Of a stretch of 64,000 bases of DNA, positions 51,908 to 63,200 are shown one piece after another. The notes below the pieces were generated by a model, which made no database searches, was not told the DNA's origin, and was given only the letters and a program-made list of their open reading frames with translations. The translations under genes and the position numbers were made by a program. Source of the stretch: Octopus sinensis (lineage: Eukaryota); NCBI RefSeq assembly GCF_006345805.1, contig NC_042999.1, positions 142,476,001 to 142,540,000 of the forward strand. The letters are read 5' to 3'. Numbering within the stretch: the stretch's first letter is position 1; the number at the start of each line of letters is the position of its first letter.

Positions 51908-52074
51908 CCATATTTTATATCTCTGGATGAAACAATCGTCTGCATGAATTAAAGTTCTCTTATATATTTTAACAACTTGCCTTCTCCATTTTTAACTAAA
52001 TTGATGAGGCTTATAGGATTCTTTCCATAAATACACTGCACATCATATACAAGTATATATATAGCCTGGCACTA

Positions 52075-52345
52075 CATCGGTTATCAGATCAACGGAACAG
52101 CCTGCTTGTGAAATTAATGTGCAAGTGGCTGAGCACTTGACAGACATGTGAACCCTTAATGGTTCTCAAGGAGATTCAGCATGACACAGTGTGACAAAGT
52201 TGGCCCTTTGAAATATAGGTTCTATTCATTTTTTCCAGTTGAGTGAACTGAAGCAATGTGAAATAAAGTGTCTGGCACAAGGATATAATGCATCACTAGA
52301 AATTGAACTCATGATCTTACGATTGTGAGCTGAATAACATAACCA
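52075..52345 (-). mobile_element. SINE with tail type a and a different head
   Basis: gatcaacggaacagcctgcttgtgaaattaatgtgcaagtggctgagcac..ggccctttgaaat matches 28250-28385. Confidence 0.75.
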
Positions 52346-53444
52346 CCAAGCCACATGCCTCCATATATATATATATATGGAGTACTCTTAAAGTTAAAAC
52401 TACCAAAATAAATAAACATATCGTACCAAGTCGTTGCCAGTGCCATTGGACTGGCTTCTGTGCTGGTGGCACGTAAAAAATACCATTTGAGTATGGCCGT
52501 TGCCAGTACTGTCTGGCCCTCGTGCTGGCGGCACATAAAAGTACCCACTACATTCTCGGAGTGGTTTGCACTAGGAAGGGCATCCAGCTGTAGAAACTCT
52601 GCCAGATCAGATTGGAGCCTGGTGCAGCCATCTGGTTCGCCAATCCTCAGTCAAATCATCCAACACATGCTAGCATGGAAAGCGGACGTTAAACAATGAT
52701 GATGATGATATACATATATATGTATGCACACACACACACACACATACATACACATACACACATATATATAGATAGATATACATATATATATATATGTATG
52801 CATATATATATGTGTTTGTATATAAATATAAATATATACATATGTATATATATGTATGTATATACACACACACATATATATGCACACACACATTCACAGA
52901 GATATATACATATACAGATATGCACACATACACAGACATACATACAGATACATATATATTCTTGTAAATAGGGAATAACGTTTTTTTTCAAGCATGTATT
53001 AAAAACATGACTATTTTCAAATTTCATCTTTTTTATGAAGGATTTTATATATTTTCATTTTAGTCCTTTATATTTTGTTTGAATTTATAACATTCCTAAT
53101 ATCATTTGTTATATGTTTTGAAAATTTCACATTTTCACTATAAACTAATCATGAATGTATCATAACTAATGTATATACATCATCGACAGGAAAATTACTG
53201 CAGTTTTTGTCTTAGATAAAACCGTATGAATGTACTGGGTTTAAAAAAGCAGTATATATTGGAAAGAGATGAGAAATTATTCCAGTAGTGGGTTGTGAAA
53301 ATGCTAGATGTATTTCTGTGGTCCTGTGCATTGTCAATGATATGTACTCATAACAACCACATGCCAAAATGAGATTTGTCATAGGAAACAGTGAATAATA
53401 CATTCACTGATATTGCATATAGCAACTAAGCTGAGAAAAATAAC

Positions 53445-53649
53445 CCAGTCAACCCAACTGAAATAGTATTAAATTGAAATAGCCATCTACTTAATGCATT
53501 ACCCTGGTATTTTCAAATACTGCATGTTCTTAAGAGATTTTATTTTGGACAAACACCACAGTAACTTACCTGTCAATGGTATATATGCATTAAGTATGAT
53601 ACAGAGATGGCTATTTTAATTTAATACTGTTTCAACTGCATTGACTGGT
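53445..53649. repeat. Imperfect inverted repeat or MITE-like element
   Basis: ccagtcaa...gaaatagtattaaattgaaatagccatct vs agatggctattttaatttaatactgtttc...ttgactgg. Confidence 0.7.
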
Positions 53650-54139
53650 TCAATATAAACTGTTGTTATGGTATGTTGTCTTTGTGAGATGAGGTAAGTA
53701 GCAATGTTGTAGAATTAATGACTCAAACTGTTGCATCAGACACACAAGACAGACACTCTTCCATTGGTTGATCATGCATTTATTACATAGAGCCATTGCA
53801 ACTCATTAGAATACAGTATACAAAAAAAAATTGGATAAGAAAATATTTGTTGACATCATCATCAATCATCCACATTTAACAACCACCCAATTTTATATAA
53901 AATTCCACAAAAGTGAGAAGAATAACTATGGAAGCTTTACTTATAACAAAATACTGGCTAAAATTAAACATGCAGATCGTCGGTGGTGTTTTATCATTCT
54001 TGCTTTCATGCAAGAATTGGCCTCATTAGCCATTGGCTGGTTTCTTTTTGATCCAACTCCCCACTTCTTTTTACAAAAGCCCAATGGCAATAGGGTAAGG
54101 ATGGTGGGAGCAGGTTTTAATGAAACTAGAAGCTCCTAG

Positions 54140-54625
54140 TCTGGATCTGCATGTTGGCAGCAGATGCAAGAAGGTGGCCTTTCTGGGACCTGGTGACAAC
54201 CCAAGGACTTGGTCCTACATCTGCAACTGGGCAGGCCTATTTGGGAACACCACTGCTCAACCTGAATGGAGAAGGCCCTAAAAAAAGGTGGGCTAAATAT
54301 CGGTTGTCACCACAGAATCCTGGCTGGTAAGCTGCATCCAGCAGGACACCCATTCAAGGGGTCAAACAACAACAGAAATTAAATAAAATAAATTAATTAA
54401 ATTAATCATTGGAACATGGAATGTGCGAATGCTCCTCAATCCTCAAGACACAGAGAGACCAGAACGTATAACAGCTCTTTTCTCCAAAGAACTAGCAAAA
54501 TTTAACATCGACATCCTTGCCCTCAATGAAACATGTCTATCTGGGGAAGGAAAGACTGAAGAGATAGTTTCAGGTTATACCTTCTTCTGGAAAGGGTAAG
54601 AAGAAGGAAAGAGAAAAATTCATGC
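54140..54625 (+). mobile_element. 5' end of an RTE (BovB-like) LINE: 5' UTR and APE N-terminus, broken off at the TA tract
   Basis: LIIGTWNVRMLL..RPERITAL.SKELAKFNIDILALNETCLSGEG..E..SGYTFFWKG from about 54403. Confidence 0.85.
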
Positions 54626-54634
54626 AGATATATT

Positions 54635-54698
<64 letters not shown>

Positions 54699-54715
54699 AT
54701 ATATCTGCATGAATT

Positions 54716-54747
<32 letters not shown>

Positions 54748-54813
54748 ATATATATATATATATATGAAAAAACAAGTAAAAAATAGAAAATGCTAAAATA
54801 ATTTTATAGTGAA

Positions 54814-54861
54814 CATTTCAGTACCGGTTTCGGTCATTTTGAGACCTTTTCAACTGTAACG
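54814..54861 (-). ncRNA. Mirror copy of the hammerhead ribozyme
   Basis: Exact reverse complement of 58423-58470. Confidence 0.8.
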
Positions 54862-55525
54862 ATTAAATAATTAAATTAGAAAATTAGAAGAAAAGTTTTT
54901 TTAAAAGAATATTTCTATAGTAGTGTTCAGATTTAAGTGGCATTCTGCCTTTCTCTGACTCCCTTGTTTGCACTTGTGTGTTCGAGGTAGTTGTGAGCTC
55001 TTGGTAGGGTAGTAGAGAGAAGGCTGGTGAGGAAAGGGGGTGGGAGAATCTGGGAGTGCCCTGATGGTCGTATTTTGAATGGTCAGTGGCGGCTGGCAGT
55101 CTCAGTTCAATTCAGGAGAATATTTATATTGACAGGCTTCTTTATAGAATTAGCGTAGGTGTTATACTAAAAAACATTAGTGACAAACTTAAGGGGTAGG
55201 GGGTGGAGAAGAAGAAGAAGAAGAAGAAGAAGAAGAAGAAGGAGAAGGAGAAGGAGAAGATGACGATGATGGTGATGGTGGTGATGATTATGACGACGAT
55301 GATGATGATGACGATGATGATGAAGAAGAAGAAGAAGAAGAAGGAGGAGAAGGAGAAGATGGTGGTGATGATGGTGGCGATGATGATGATGCCGATGATG
55401 ATGATAACGATGATGATGAAGAAGAAGAAAAAACAGAGAAGGGAGAATATGAATGTAAATATAGCTATGAAGGGGCTGATTAGTAATGGATTCTATTGAG
55501 TGTAGTATTTGTGTGTGTATATATA

Positions 55526-55556
<31 letters not shown>

Positions 55557-55580
55557 CTTTTATTCTAAAGTTGAGGTATA

Positions 55581-56780
55581 TTAATTGTTTGTCGTAGACC
55601 CGTTAAGAAGTGGCTTGTATTTTGTAATAAAGAGATTTTCTTTACTTATTCGTTGTCTCGAGGTTGTATCGTCCCTAAATTGGTAGAGGGGGAAAATTCT
55701 GAAGTTTGGTGTTTTTTTGTTGGCGCAAGTATCTATGTGTTGGCTAAAAGCTATTTTTCTGTTTTGGGGAATTTTTATCTGGGATCTGTGCAGGGCCATT
55801 CGTTTACGCAAACCATTTTTTGTTTGGCCTATGTACTGCTCTTGACACCCGGAGCAGGTTAGTGAGTATATTAGGTTCTCCGAAGCACATGTGAAGTTGC
55901 TTTTCACTGTAAAACGTTGTCCCTGTTTGAAGGAGAACTCAGAACCCTCGATTAGATAGTCGCATATCCCGCAATTGGGTCTTCCACATTTTTTTACTGT
56001 CGGCTTCTGTGTTGAAGAGTGAATTCGGGCTTGTGTAAGGAGACTTTTCATGGATCTAGGCTGTCTTTTGCTTTTTATGATCGTGTGTGTTTGGAGGATT
56101 GTGTTCATTCTGTGGTCTTTTTTTAGGAGGGGTATGTTGTGGAGGATGGTGTCGAAGGCTTCGTTATTGAGAGGGTTGTGTGTGGAGATGTATGGTAAGG
56201 CTTTTGGTTGTAAGTTTTTCTTTGATTTGGGATGTCTCAGTTCCTTGATGTTAAGTTGAAGGGCACGTTGAATGCATTTGTCAATAAGTGAAGGTGGATA
56301 GTTCCTGGTGATTAGGGTATCTTTTAGTTCTTGTAGTCGTGTGTCTCTGGTGTTTGCGTTAGAGACTATAGTGCATATCCTTTTTGCTAGATTGAAGGGG
56401 ATATTCATCCTGGTGTGTCTGGGGTGGCATGAATTGAATGGAAGATATTGCTTAGAGTCTGTAGGCTTATAGTATATGTCTGTTTCTATTATATTATTAG
56501 CTTTCTTAATGAGGATATCGAGGAAGGGGAGTTGTTGTTGGCTATATTCCATCGTGAATTGGATGTTTACGTCCAGTCCGTTTAAAATTTTCTGGAATTC
56601 TATGAGTTTTTCTATATTTTTATGCCAAAGGATGAAACAGTCATCTAGATATCTCTTCCAGTTGTTTTCTATGTAGATGGAGAAAGGGCTGCCATATCTT
56701 TCTAGAACCTTACGATACAGACTGATCTCTAGGTATCCTATGACTAGGTTGGCAAAGGAGGGGGCCATTCGTGTACCCAT
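55581..56780 (-). CDS. PLE ORF remnant, uninterrupted: RT motifs 4-7, thumb, Cys-rich linker and GIY-YIG endonuclease
   Basis: MGTRMAPSFANL, WKRYLDDCF, LPFLDI, TDIYYKPTD..YL.FNSCHP, CGRPNCGIC and FTCASENLIYSLTCSGCQEQYIGQT..LRKRMALH. Confidence 0.9.
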   Translation of the reverse strand: MGTRMAPSFANLVIGYLEISLYRKVLERYGSPFSIYIENNWKRYLDDCFILWHKNIEKLIEFQKILNGLDVNIQFTMEYSQQQLPFLDILIKKANNIIETDIYYKPTDSKQYLPFNSCHPRHTRMNIPFNLAKRICTIVSNANTRDTRLQELKDTLITRNYPPSLIDKCIQRALQLNIKELRHPKSKKNLQPKALPYISTHNPLNNEAFDTILHNIPLLKKDHRMNTILQTHTIIKSKRQPRSMKSLLTQARIHSSTQKPTVKKCGRPNCGICDYLIEGSEFSFKQGQRFTVKSNFTCASENLIYSLTCSGCQEQYIGQTKNGLRKRMALHRSQIKIPQNRKIAFSQHIDTCANKKTPNFRIFPLYQFRDDTTSRQRISKENLFITKYKPLLNGSTTNN

Positions 56781-56781
56781 C

Positions 56782-57687
56782 GAAACAGACATATACTATA
56801 AGCCTACAGACTCTAAGCAATATCTTCCATTCAATTCATGCCACCCCAGACACACCAGGATGAATATCCCCTTCAATCTAGCAAAAAGGATATGCACTAT
56901 AGTCTCTAACGCAAACACCAGAGACACACGACTACAAGAACTAAAAGATACCCTAATCACCAGGAACTATCCACCTTCACTTATTGACAAATGCATTCAA
57001 CGTGCCCTTCAACTTAACATCAAGGAACTGAGACATCCCAAATCAAAGAAAAACTTACAACCAAAAGCCTTACCATACATCTCCACACACAACCCTCTCA
57101 ATAACGAAGCCTTCGACACCATCCTCCACAACATACCCCTCCTAAAAAAAGACCACAGAATGAACACAATCCTCCAAACACACACGATCATAAAAAGCAA
57201 AAGACAGCCTAGATCCATGAAAAGTCTCCTTACACAAGCCCGAATTCACTCTTCAACACAGAAGCCGACAGTAAAAAAATGTGGAAGACCCAATTGCGGG
57301 ATATGCGACTATCTAATCGAGGGTTCTGAGTTCTCCTTCAAACAGGGACAACGTTTTACAGTGAAAAGCAACTTCACATGTGCTTCGGAGAACCTAATAT
57401 ACTCACTAACCTGCTCCGGGTGTCAAGAGCAGTACATAGGCCAAACAAAAATTGGTTTGCGTAAACGAATGGCCCTGCACAGATCCCAGATAAAAATTCC
57501 CCAAAACAGAAAAATAGCTTTTAGCCAACACATAGATACTTGCGCCAACAAAAAAACACCAAACTTCAGAATTTTCCCCCTCTACCAATTTAGGGACGAT
57601 ACAACCTCGAGACAACGAATAAGTAAAGAAAATCTCTTTATTACAAAATACAAGCCACTTCTTAACGGGTCTACGACAAACAATTAA
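56782..57687 (+). CDS. Second, shorter PLE ORF remnant (thumb and GIY-YIG)
   Basis: Identical to the minus copy from ETDIYYKPTD onward, except for one N/I difference at QTK(N/I)G. Confidence 0.9.
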   Translation, partial: ETDIYYKPTDSKQYLPFNSCHPRHTRMNIPFNLAKRICTIVSNANTRDTRLQELKDTLITRNYPPSLIDKCIQRALQLNIKELRHPKSKKNLQPKALPYISTHNPLNNEAFDTILHNIPLLKKDHRMNTILQTHTIIKSKRQPRSMKSLLTQARIHSSTQKPTVKKCGRPNCGICDYLIEGSEFSFKQGQRFTVKSNFTCASENLIYSLTCSGCQEQYIGQTKIGLRKRMALHRSQIKIPQNRKIAFSQHIDTCANKKTPNFRIFPLYQFRDDTTSRQRISKENLFITKYKPLLNGSTTNN

Positions 57688-58422
57688 TATACCTCAACTT
57701 TAGAATAAAAGAAAAAAAAAAAAAAAAAAAAAAAATATATATATATACACACACAAATACTACACTCAATAGAATCCATTACTAATCAGCCCCTTCATAG
57801 CTATATTTACATTCATATTCTCCCTTCTCTGTTTTTTCTTCTTCTTCTTCTTCCTCTTCTTCTTCATCATCATCGTTATCATCATCATCGGCATCATCAT
57901 CATCGCCACCATCATCACCACCATCTTCTCCTTCTCCTCCTTCTTCTTCTTCTTCTTCTTCATCATCATCGTCATCATCATCATCGTCGTCATAATCATC
58001 ACCACCATCACCATCATCGTCATCTTCTCCTTCTCCTTCTCCTTCTTCTTCTTCTTCTTCTTCTTCTTCTTCTTCTCCACCCCCTACCCCTTAAGTTTGT
58101 CACTAATGTTTTTTAGTATAACACCTACGCTAATTCTATAAAGAAGCCTGTCAATATAAATATTCTCCTGAATTGAACTGAGACTGCCAGCCGCCACTGA
58201 CCATTCAAATACGACCATCAGGGCACTCCCAGATTCTCCCACCCCCCTTTCCTCACCAGCCTTCTCTCTACTACCCTACCAAGAGCTCACAACTACCTCG
58301 AACACACAAGTGCAAACAAGGGAGTCAGAGAAAGGCAGAATGCCACTTAAATCTGAACACTACTATAGAAATATTCTTTTAAAAAACTTTTCTTCTAATT
58401 TTTCTAAATTTAATTATTTAAT

Positions 58423-58470
58423 CGTTACAGTTGAAAAGGTCTCAAAATGACCGAAACCGGTACTGAAATG
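58423..58470 (+). ncRNA. Minimal type I hammerhead ribozyme with a U3-A8 variant core
   Basis: Stem I cgttacag/ctgaaatg (7/8 paired), core TTGAAAA in place of CTGAnGA, stem II ggtc-tcaaaat-gacc, GAAA, palindromic stem III accggt, and a GTA cleavage triplet at 58460-58462. Confidence 0.8.
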
Positions 58471-58552
58471 TTCACTATAAAATTATTTTAGCATTTTCTA
58501 TTTTTTACTTGTTTTTTCATATATATCAACTCGTGTGTTCCTTTTCACCCTT

Positions 58553-58590
<38 letters not shown>

Positions 58591-59569
58591 TGATATGAAA
58601 TCTACTAGGATTTACTGTAATGTAATTTTAAGTTCAGCACATTCCCATCATTCTGTTTCACTCATCATACTCTTGCAACTTTCTTCTAGCCATCCTGCCT
58701 TCATTATTTCTCTCTCTCTTCTATTCACCTTCAAGGATATGCTGTCTTGAATAAACAAATATATCACATGGCAATGAGAACTCCCTAGTCTTACATGATA
58801 TAAGGCAATCTCACTAGTTCTGCTACCATGATAAAATACACCCAGTACACTTTATAAAAGAGTGTAGGTGAATTTGTGGAAACAATATAGTGTTGGAAGA
58901 AACCTTTAGTTTTGTTGAAGACATGACAACCTCTCTTGACCTGGTACCATTATAAAACATACCCAGTGCATTCTGTAAAGTGGATGGTTTTAGGAAGGGC
59001 ATCCAACCTTAGAAGCCATATTGAAATTGGAATGTTCATGGGAGAATAAGTCTTTTGATGTGTCTAGGAGAGCAGTAACTCTGGATAAGAACTGACTTAC
59101 ACTGTGATGATCTGTTCATCCCCTACCAGAATGGAGTGCAGATGTAAAATGAAGATGACAATGATGACAACAATGATGAAGATGATGAAGATGATGATAA
59201 TGATAATAATGATGATGATGATGACAATGACAACGACGATGATGATAATGGTGATGATAATGAACGATATTGCATATATTCAAGATAATATCATAATTCA
59301 TATTGTCTTTTGTGCATGTGGGGGAAACTCATCATCATCGTCATCATTTAATGTCCGTTGTCCATTGGATGGTTTGACCAGAGCTGGTAAGCTGGAAGGC
59401 TGCACCAGACTTCAGGCTGATTTGGCATGGTTTTCTATGCCAATCCGAGAGTATAATGGGTGCTTTTACGTGCCATTTGTATGACACCGGTTTCTTCCAC
59501 AACTGTGATTTTTCTTGGTTTGATGGAACTTCTTCTCAAGCATGACATAAGGCCAAAGGTCTCAGTCAT

Positions 59570-59820
59570 TGCCTCCGTGAGGCCCAACACTCGAAAGGAA
59601 CTCAGCTACTCAGCCTCTGTGAGGCCCAACACTCAAAGGAACTCAGTCACTCAGCCTCTATGAGGCCCAACACTCAAAAGGAACTCAGCCACTTTACCTA
59701 TGTGAGGCCCAACACTCAAAAGAAGGAACTCAAACACTTTGCCTCCATGAGGCTCAATGCTCAAAAGGAACTCAGCCACTTTGCCTCCAAGAAGGAACTC
59801 AGCTTGAAAGGAACTCAGCC
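59570..59820. repeat. Minisatellite, about 6 units of 38-42 bp
   Basis: Unit approximately gcctc.gtgaggcccaacactc.aaaggaactcagc.act. Confidence 0.92.
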
Positions 59821-60449
59821 CAAACTTTGAAAAAATAATCTGCTGTAGTTATTTATATTATATATATTAAATAAAATATAAATATACTATCTCATAAATT
59901 ATTTCAACTGTCGAAAATTTATTTTGAAATATTGACATTTTCTGAATTGTTCAATGCCAGCTTTTATAAATTGAACAAAGGTTATCAAAAGAAATGTGTT
60001 TTAAAAATATTGCCTTCACTGTATATATAATAAATAAACTCTCAATATAAAATGATAGGAAAATATCTAATTAAAAATGTATGTTCATTTTTTTCTATTC
60101 AGAGATTTAGTGTTTGCTTCTTTATATAAATTTGACACCATTCTCATTACTTTTGAAAATGAACAGCAAAATATTGTTTATGAAATTAATGTATGTTACT
60201 GTTTTTGCTAATTTATTTTAGCAAGTTTATGGTAACAAAATCAAGTGAAATATTGTCAGAAGAAATGGATTAGGTACTGCAAATTAAATTTGAGCTTTGG
60301 TGTGTAAAAATGTAGAAGAGACAAAAGAATAAAGTAGATGATTATCAGCTCCCATGTTATAAGTTTAAATCCATTACAAGGTTTCTTTGTTTTTGAGAAG
60401 GACATTTAACTCTATATGCCTCAGTTTACTTAGTTATTGAAAATAAGTG

Positions 60450-61009
60450 CTAGCTTGAAACTGGACCAGTCCCGTGACTCTGTTAGCTGATGGGGCTTAG
60501 TTGGGGTTCACTCCCCTGCTAGTGATATATTGTATATAAAGGATGCAGAATGTTGCATTGAAAACCAGCTGGTGGAGAATCTGCTTGGGGTTAAACTATT
60601 CATAACATTCACCTGCCACTTTGATGTAGCGACTCATTCTACTGTTCAGTATACGCTATTACTCTATCTCTTCTTGAGATTTTATAACTAGCTACTTTGC
60701 TTGTTGCAAATCAGTGACCGATGGTCACTTTGTTTACAGTATATTGCTAGCAGAAGCGTATCTTAGCTGTCACTCCATTGCGCAGGTGCACATGGCTGAC
60801 AAAGAGCCAACTAGCTCGAAACTGGGTCAGTCCCACAATCCTGTTAGCTGATTTGGATTAGTAGAGGTTCGCTCCCCCTGCTAGCAATATATTGTATATA
60901 AAGGATGCAGAACGTTGCATCGAAAACCAGCTGGCAGAGAATCTGCCTAGGGTTAAACTAGTAGTAACATTCATTTGCCACTTTGATGTGGCAACTCATT
61001 CTGCTATTC
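60450..61009. repeat. Diverged direct repeat of about 200 bp (60450-60647 and 60812-61009), following a CORE-SINE-like segment
   Basis: ctagct.gaaactgg..cagtccc..tgttagctga..atatattgtatataaaggatgcagaa.gttgcat.gaaaaccagctgg..tgccactttgatgt.gc.actcattct occurs twice. Confidence 0.88.
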
Positions 61010-61499
61010 CTAAGAGAATTTTGGTTTTATTGTTAACTGTTTAAATTTTCCTTAACATTGTTTAGGTAATGCTATAAGTCAGTGGGAGCTAAGGAGGAGA
61101 TGTAAGGAAAAGACAACGGTGGACTGAAAGTATTTGCGAATGCTACGTGTCCAATTTCCATTACTACTGAGAGTTGCCTTCAACACACTGATTAATTTTT
61201 AGAAAGTTTGTGACATCTAAGCATGTGGTTAAAACCAACTTTCTAGATATGTCCCATTCTTTGCTCAGCCTGCAAATTTTTTCTTCAAATATCAACAAAG
61301 CCTTCTAGTCCCTGGCCAAGAGGATCTCCATCAACTTTGTGTGATCCTCCTCTCAGTCACTTTTTCACTAAGATAGCTGAATCAGTTACAAAATCTCTCC
61401 ATTTGCTACTCACTGTACTTCCAACCCATCACTCAATGAAACTTATTTAAAACTTTTTCCTCATTACAAGTCTTAATACAGTCATCAAGGGAAAATTCT

Positions 61500-63200
61500 C
61501 ATTTCTTCAATAAGGCTTTTGATGAGATAGCCTCCTTCTCTGCTCGATGACAGTGGCCAGCAAATTGTAGCTGTTTCTGCTTTGGCTTGAGGGATATTGG
61601 TATCAGATTTCTGTAGATGTTACTAAGTGTTGAGTGTGATCTCCAACTGATAATCTGTATCTTTCTGAGCAGGTTGGTATATGTTCCATCTAGTTGTTTT
61701 TCTAAGAGAGCTGATAAGGTCTAGGTCTCTGATCCATAGAGAAGGACTGGCTCAATCAGTGTTCTAAATATGTTAACTTTTAACGTGGGTGGAAGGTTTG
61801 AGTGCCAGATCCTCTCAAGTCTGTTACATGCATTGCAAGCAAGAGCTTTGTAGATGCGAAAGTCCTTTTGGGAGTCTACTATGTGTGATCCAAGATATTT
61901 AAAGTCATCAACGTTTTTGATTGATATATTATTGAGCGATTTAAGTTCAGGTAACTTGGAGAAGGTCGTGATAAACCCTATCTTACTCTCATTGCAGTAA
62001 AAGCTGACCTTCTTTGCTGCTTTCTCCAGTTCTTGTAACAAAGATTCTGCATCTTTCATACAATGGGATGTCAAGGTAACATTGTCAGTAAAGTCAAGAT
62101 CAGTTAAATATTGTTCACAATGCCAACTGCTCTGGTGAGGTTTCAAAAGGAGTCCCTTTTCCTCCATACTGTCTAGAGAAATGTGAAGAACATAGTTGAG
62201 AACAATGATGAACAAGAAAGGAGCGAGTGTGTCACCCTGCAGAACACCTGCTTCAGTTTCAAAGAAATTCAAAGAAGTCTCTCCATTAGGAGATATAACT
62301 ATGGCAGTGGTGTTTGTGTACAATGCTATGATAGCATCAACAATCCTGGGAGGAATACCATAGAGTGCAGTGCAAGGATTTTAAACATAAGATCTCTACT
62401 GATGGAATCAAATACTTTGTGAAAGTTGACAAAACAGATTGTGACACTCTTGTTAAACTTTCTCATTTCTTCCAGTATGTGACAGATGGAAAGGATTTGA
62501 GCAGTTGCTGACCGGCCCCTTCTAAGTCCATTCTAATTCTTACAAAGAAGTGGATCGAGCATCGGTACAATCCTATTAAGCAGAAGTTTGTTATAAACTT
62601 TTGCTGAAATTGGGATCAGAGTAATGCCTCTATAATTTGCTGCACTTGTTATATCACCTTTTTTGGGGACGGGGACAATTCCACCCTTCAACCAAGCTAA
62701 TGGAGGCAAATGATGCACATATGTGTTGTTGCAGAAACCTAGTAAAATTTCATGAAATATTGGATCTTGCCACAGTAATGTTGGTATGTTATCCAGTCCT
62801 GAAGATTTATTGTTAGCAGAACTACTGAGAGCTACTTTGAGCTTGTCTAATGTGTTGATGCCTAATGCATTAGATATTTGATGTAGAGGAAGTAGAAGGC
62901 TGATAGTTTGTGGTAGTTCTCCAAGAAATTTCTGAAAGTGGTCAAACCAGTTGGTCTTGTGTTTCTCAGAGGAACCTTGGGAGATTTTCATTGCAGAAGT
63001 CTAATAAGTTGGTATCTATCAAGGTTGGTATACTTCAAATCTGTGTCAGGGTGATGATGCCTATGTTCTTGGATGCTCAAGATATCAACTTTGTTCTTCT
63101 TTACTCAATGCAGAAGTTCTTGTTTTCTGCTTGTCTTTGATAAAGTTCGTGAGTTGAAAGTGCTGTAGACAACAGGTCTTTTGCACTTCAAAAATCTGTT
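61500..63200 (-). mobile_element. Decayed RTE-group (RTE/Proto2-like) LINE, RT region
   Basis: ORFs 62533-62991 (GLDNIP, PKKGD..NYRGITL..AKVYNKLLLNRI) and 61721-62323 (GVLQGDTLAPFLF, DLDFTDN, DFKYLGS, VLLYGSET), then LQFAGHC near 61560. Confidence 0.9.

Larger units (their letters stand above)
54764..58556. mobile_element. Palindromic Penelope-like (Neptune-type GIY-YIG) insertion: two divergent 5'-truncated copies in (TA)n
   Basis: Near-identical arms at 54764-56486 and 56782-58520. The 295-bp centre is extra RT sequence belonging to the minus copy. Only the right copy has a 3' tail, to 58556. Confidence 0.95.

Noticed and set aside
56677-56781. N-terminal 35 aa of the 336-aa plus-strand ORF, as a novel fusion protein
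   Set aside because: This stretch is the antisense of the minus-copy RT, read through the inversion junction by chance.
1190-59484. Dozens of ORFs rich in I/Y, H/T, C/V, M, E/R or K
   Set aside because: They are translations of TAA, CA, TA, ATG, AG and AAG microsatellites and show no sign of coding function.
59570-59820. CRISPR-like array
   Set aside because: There are no unique spacers, the units are contiguous and derive from RTE sequence, the context is eukaryotic, and no cas genes are present.
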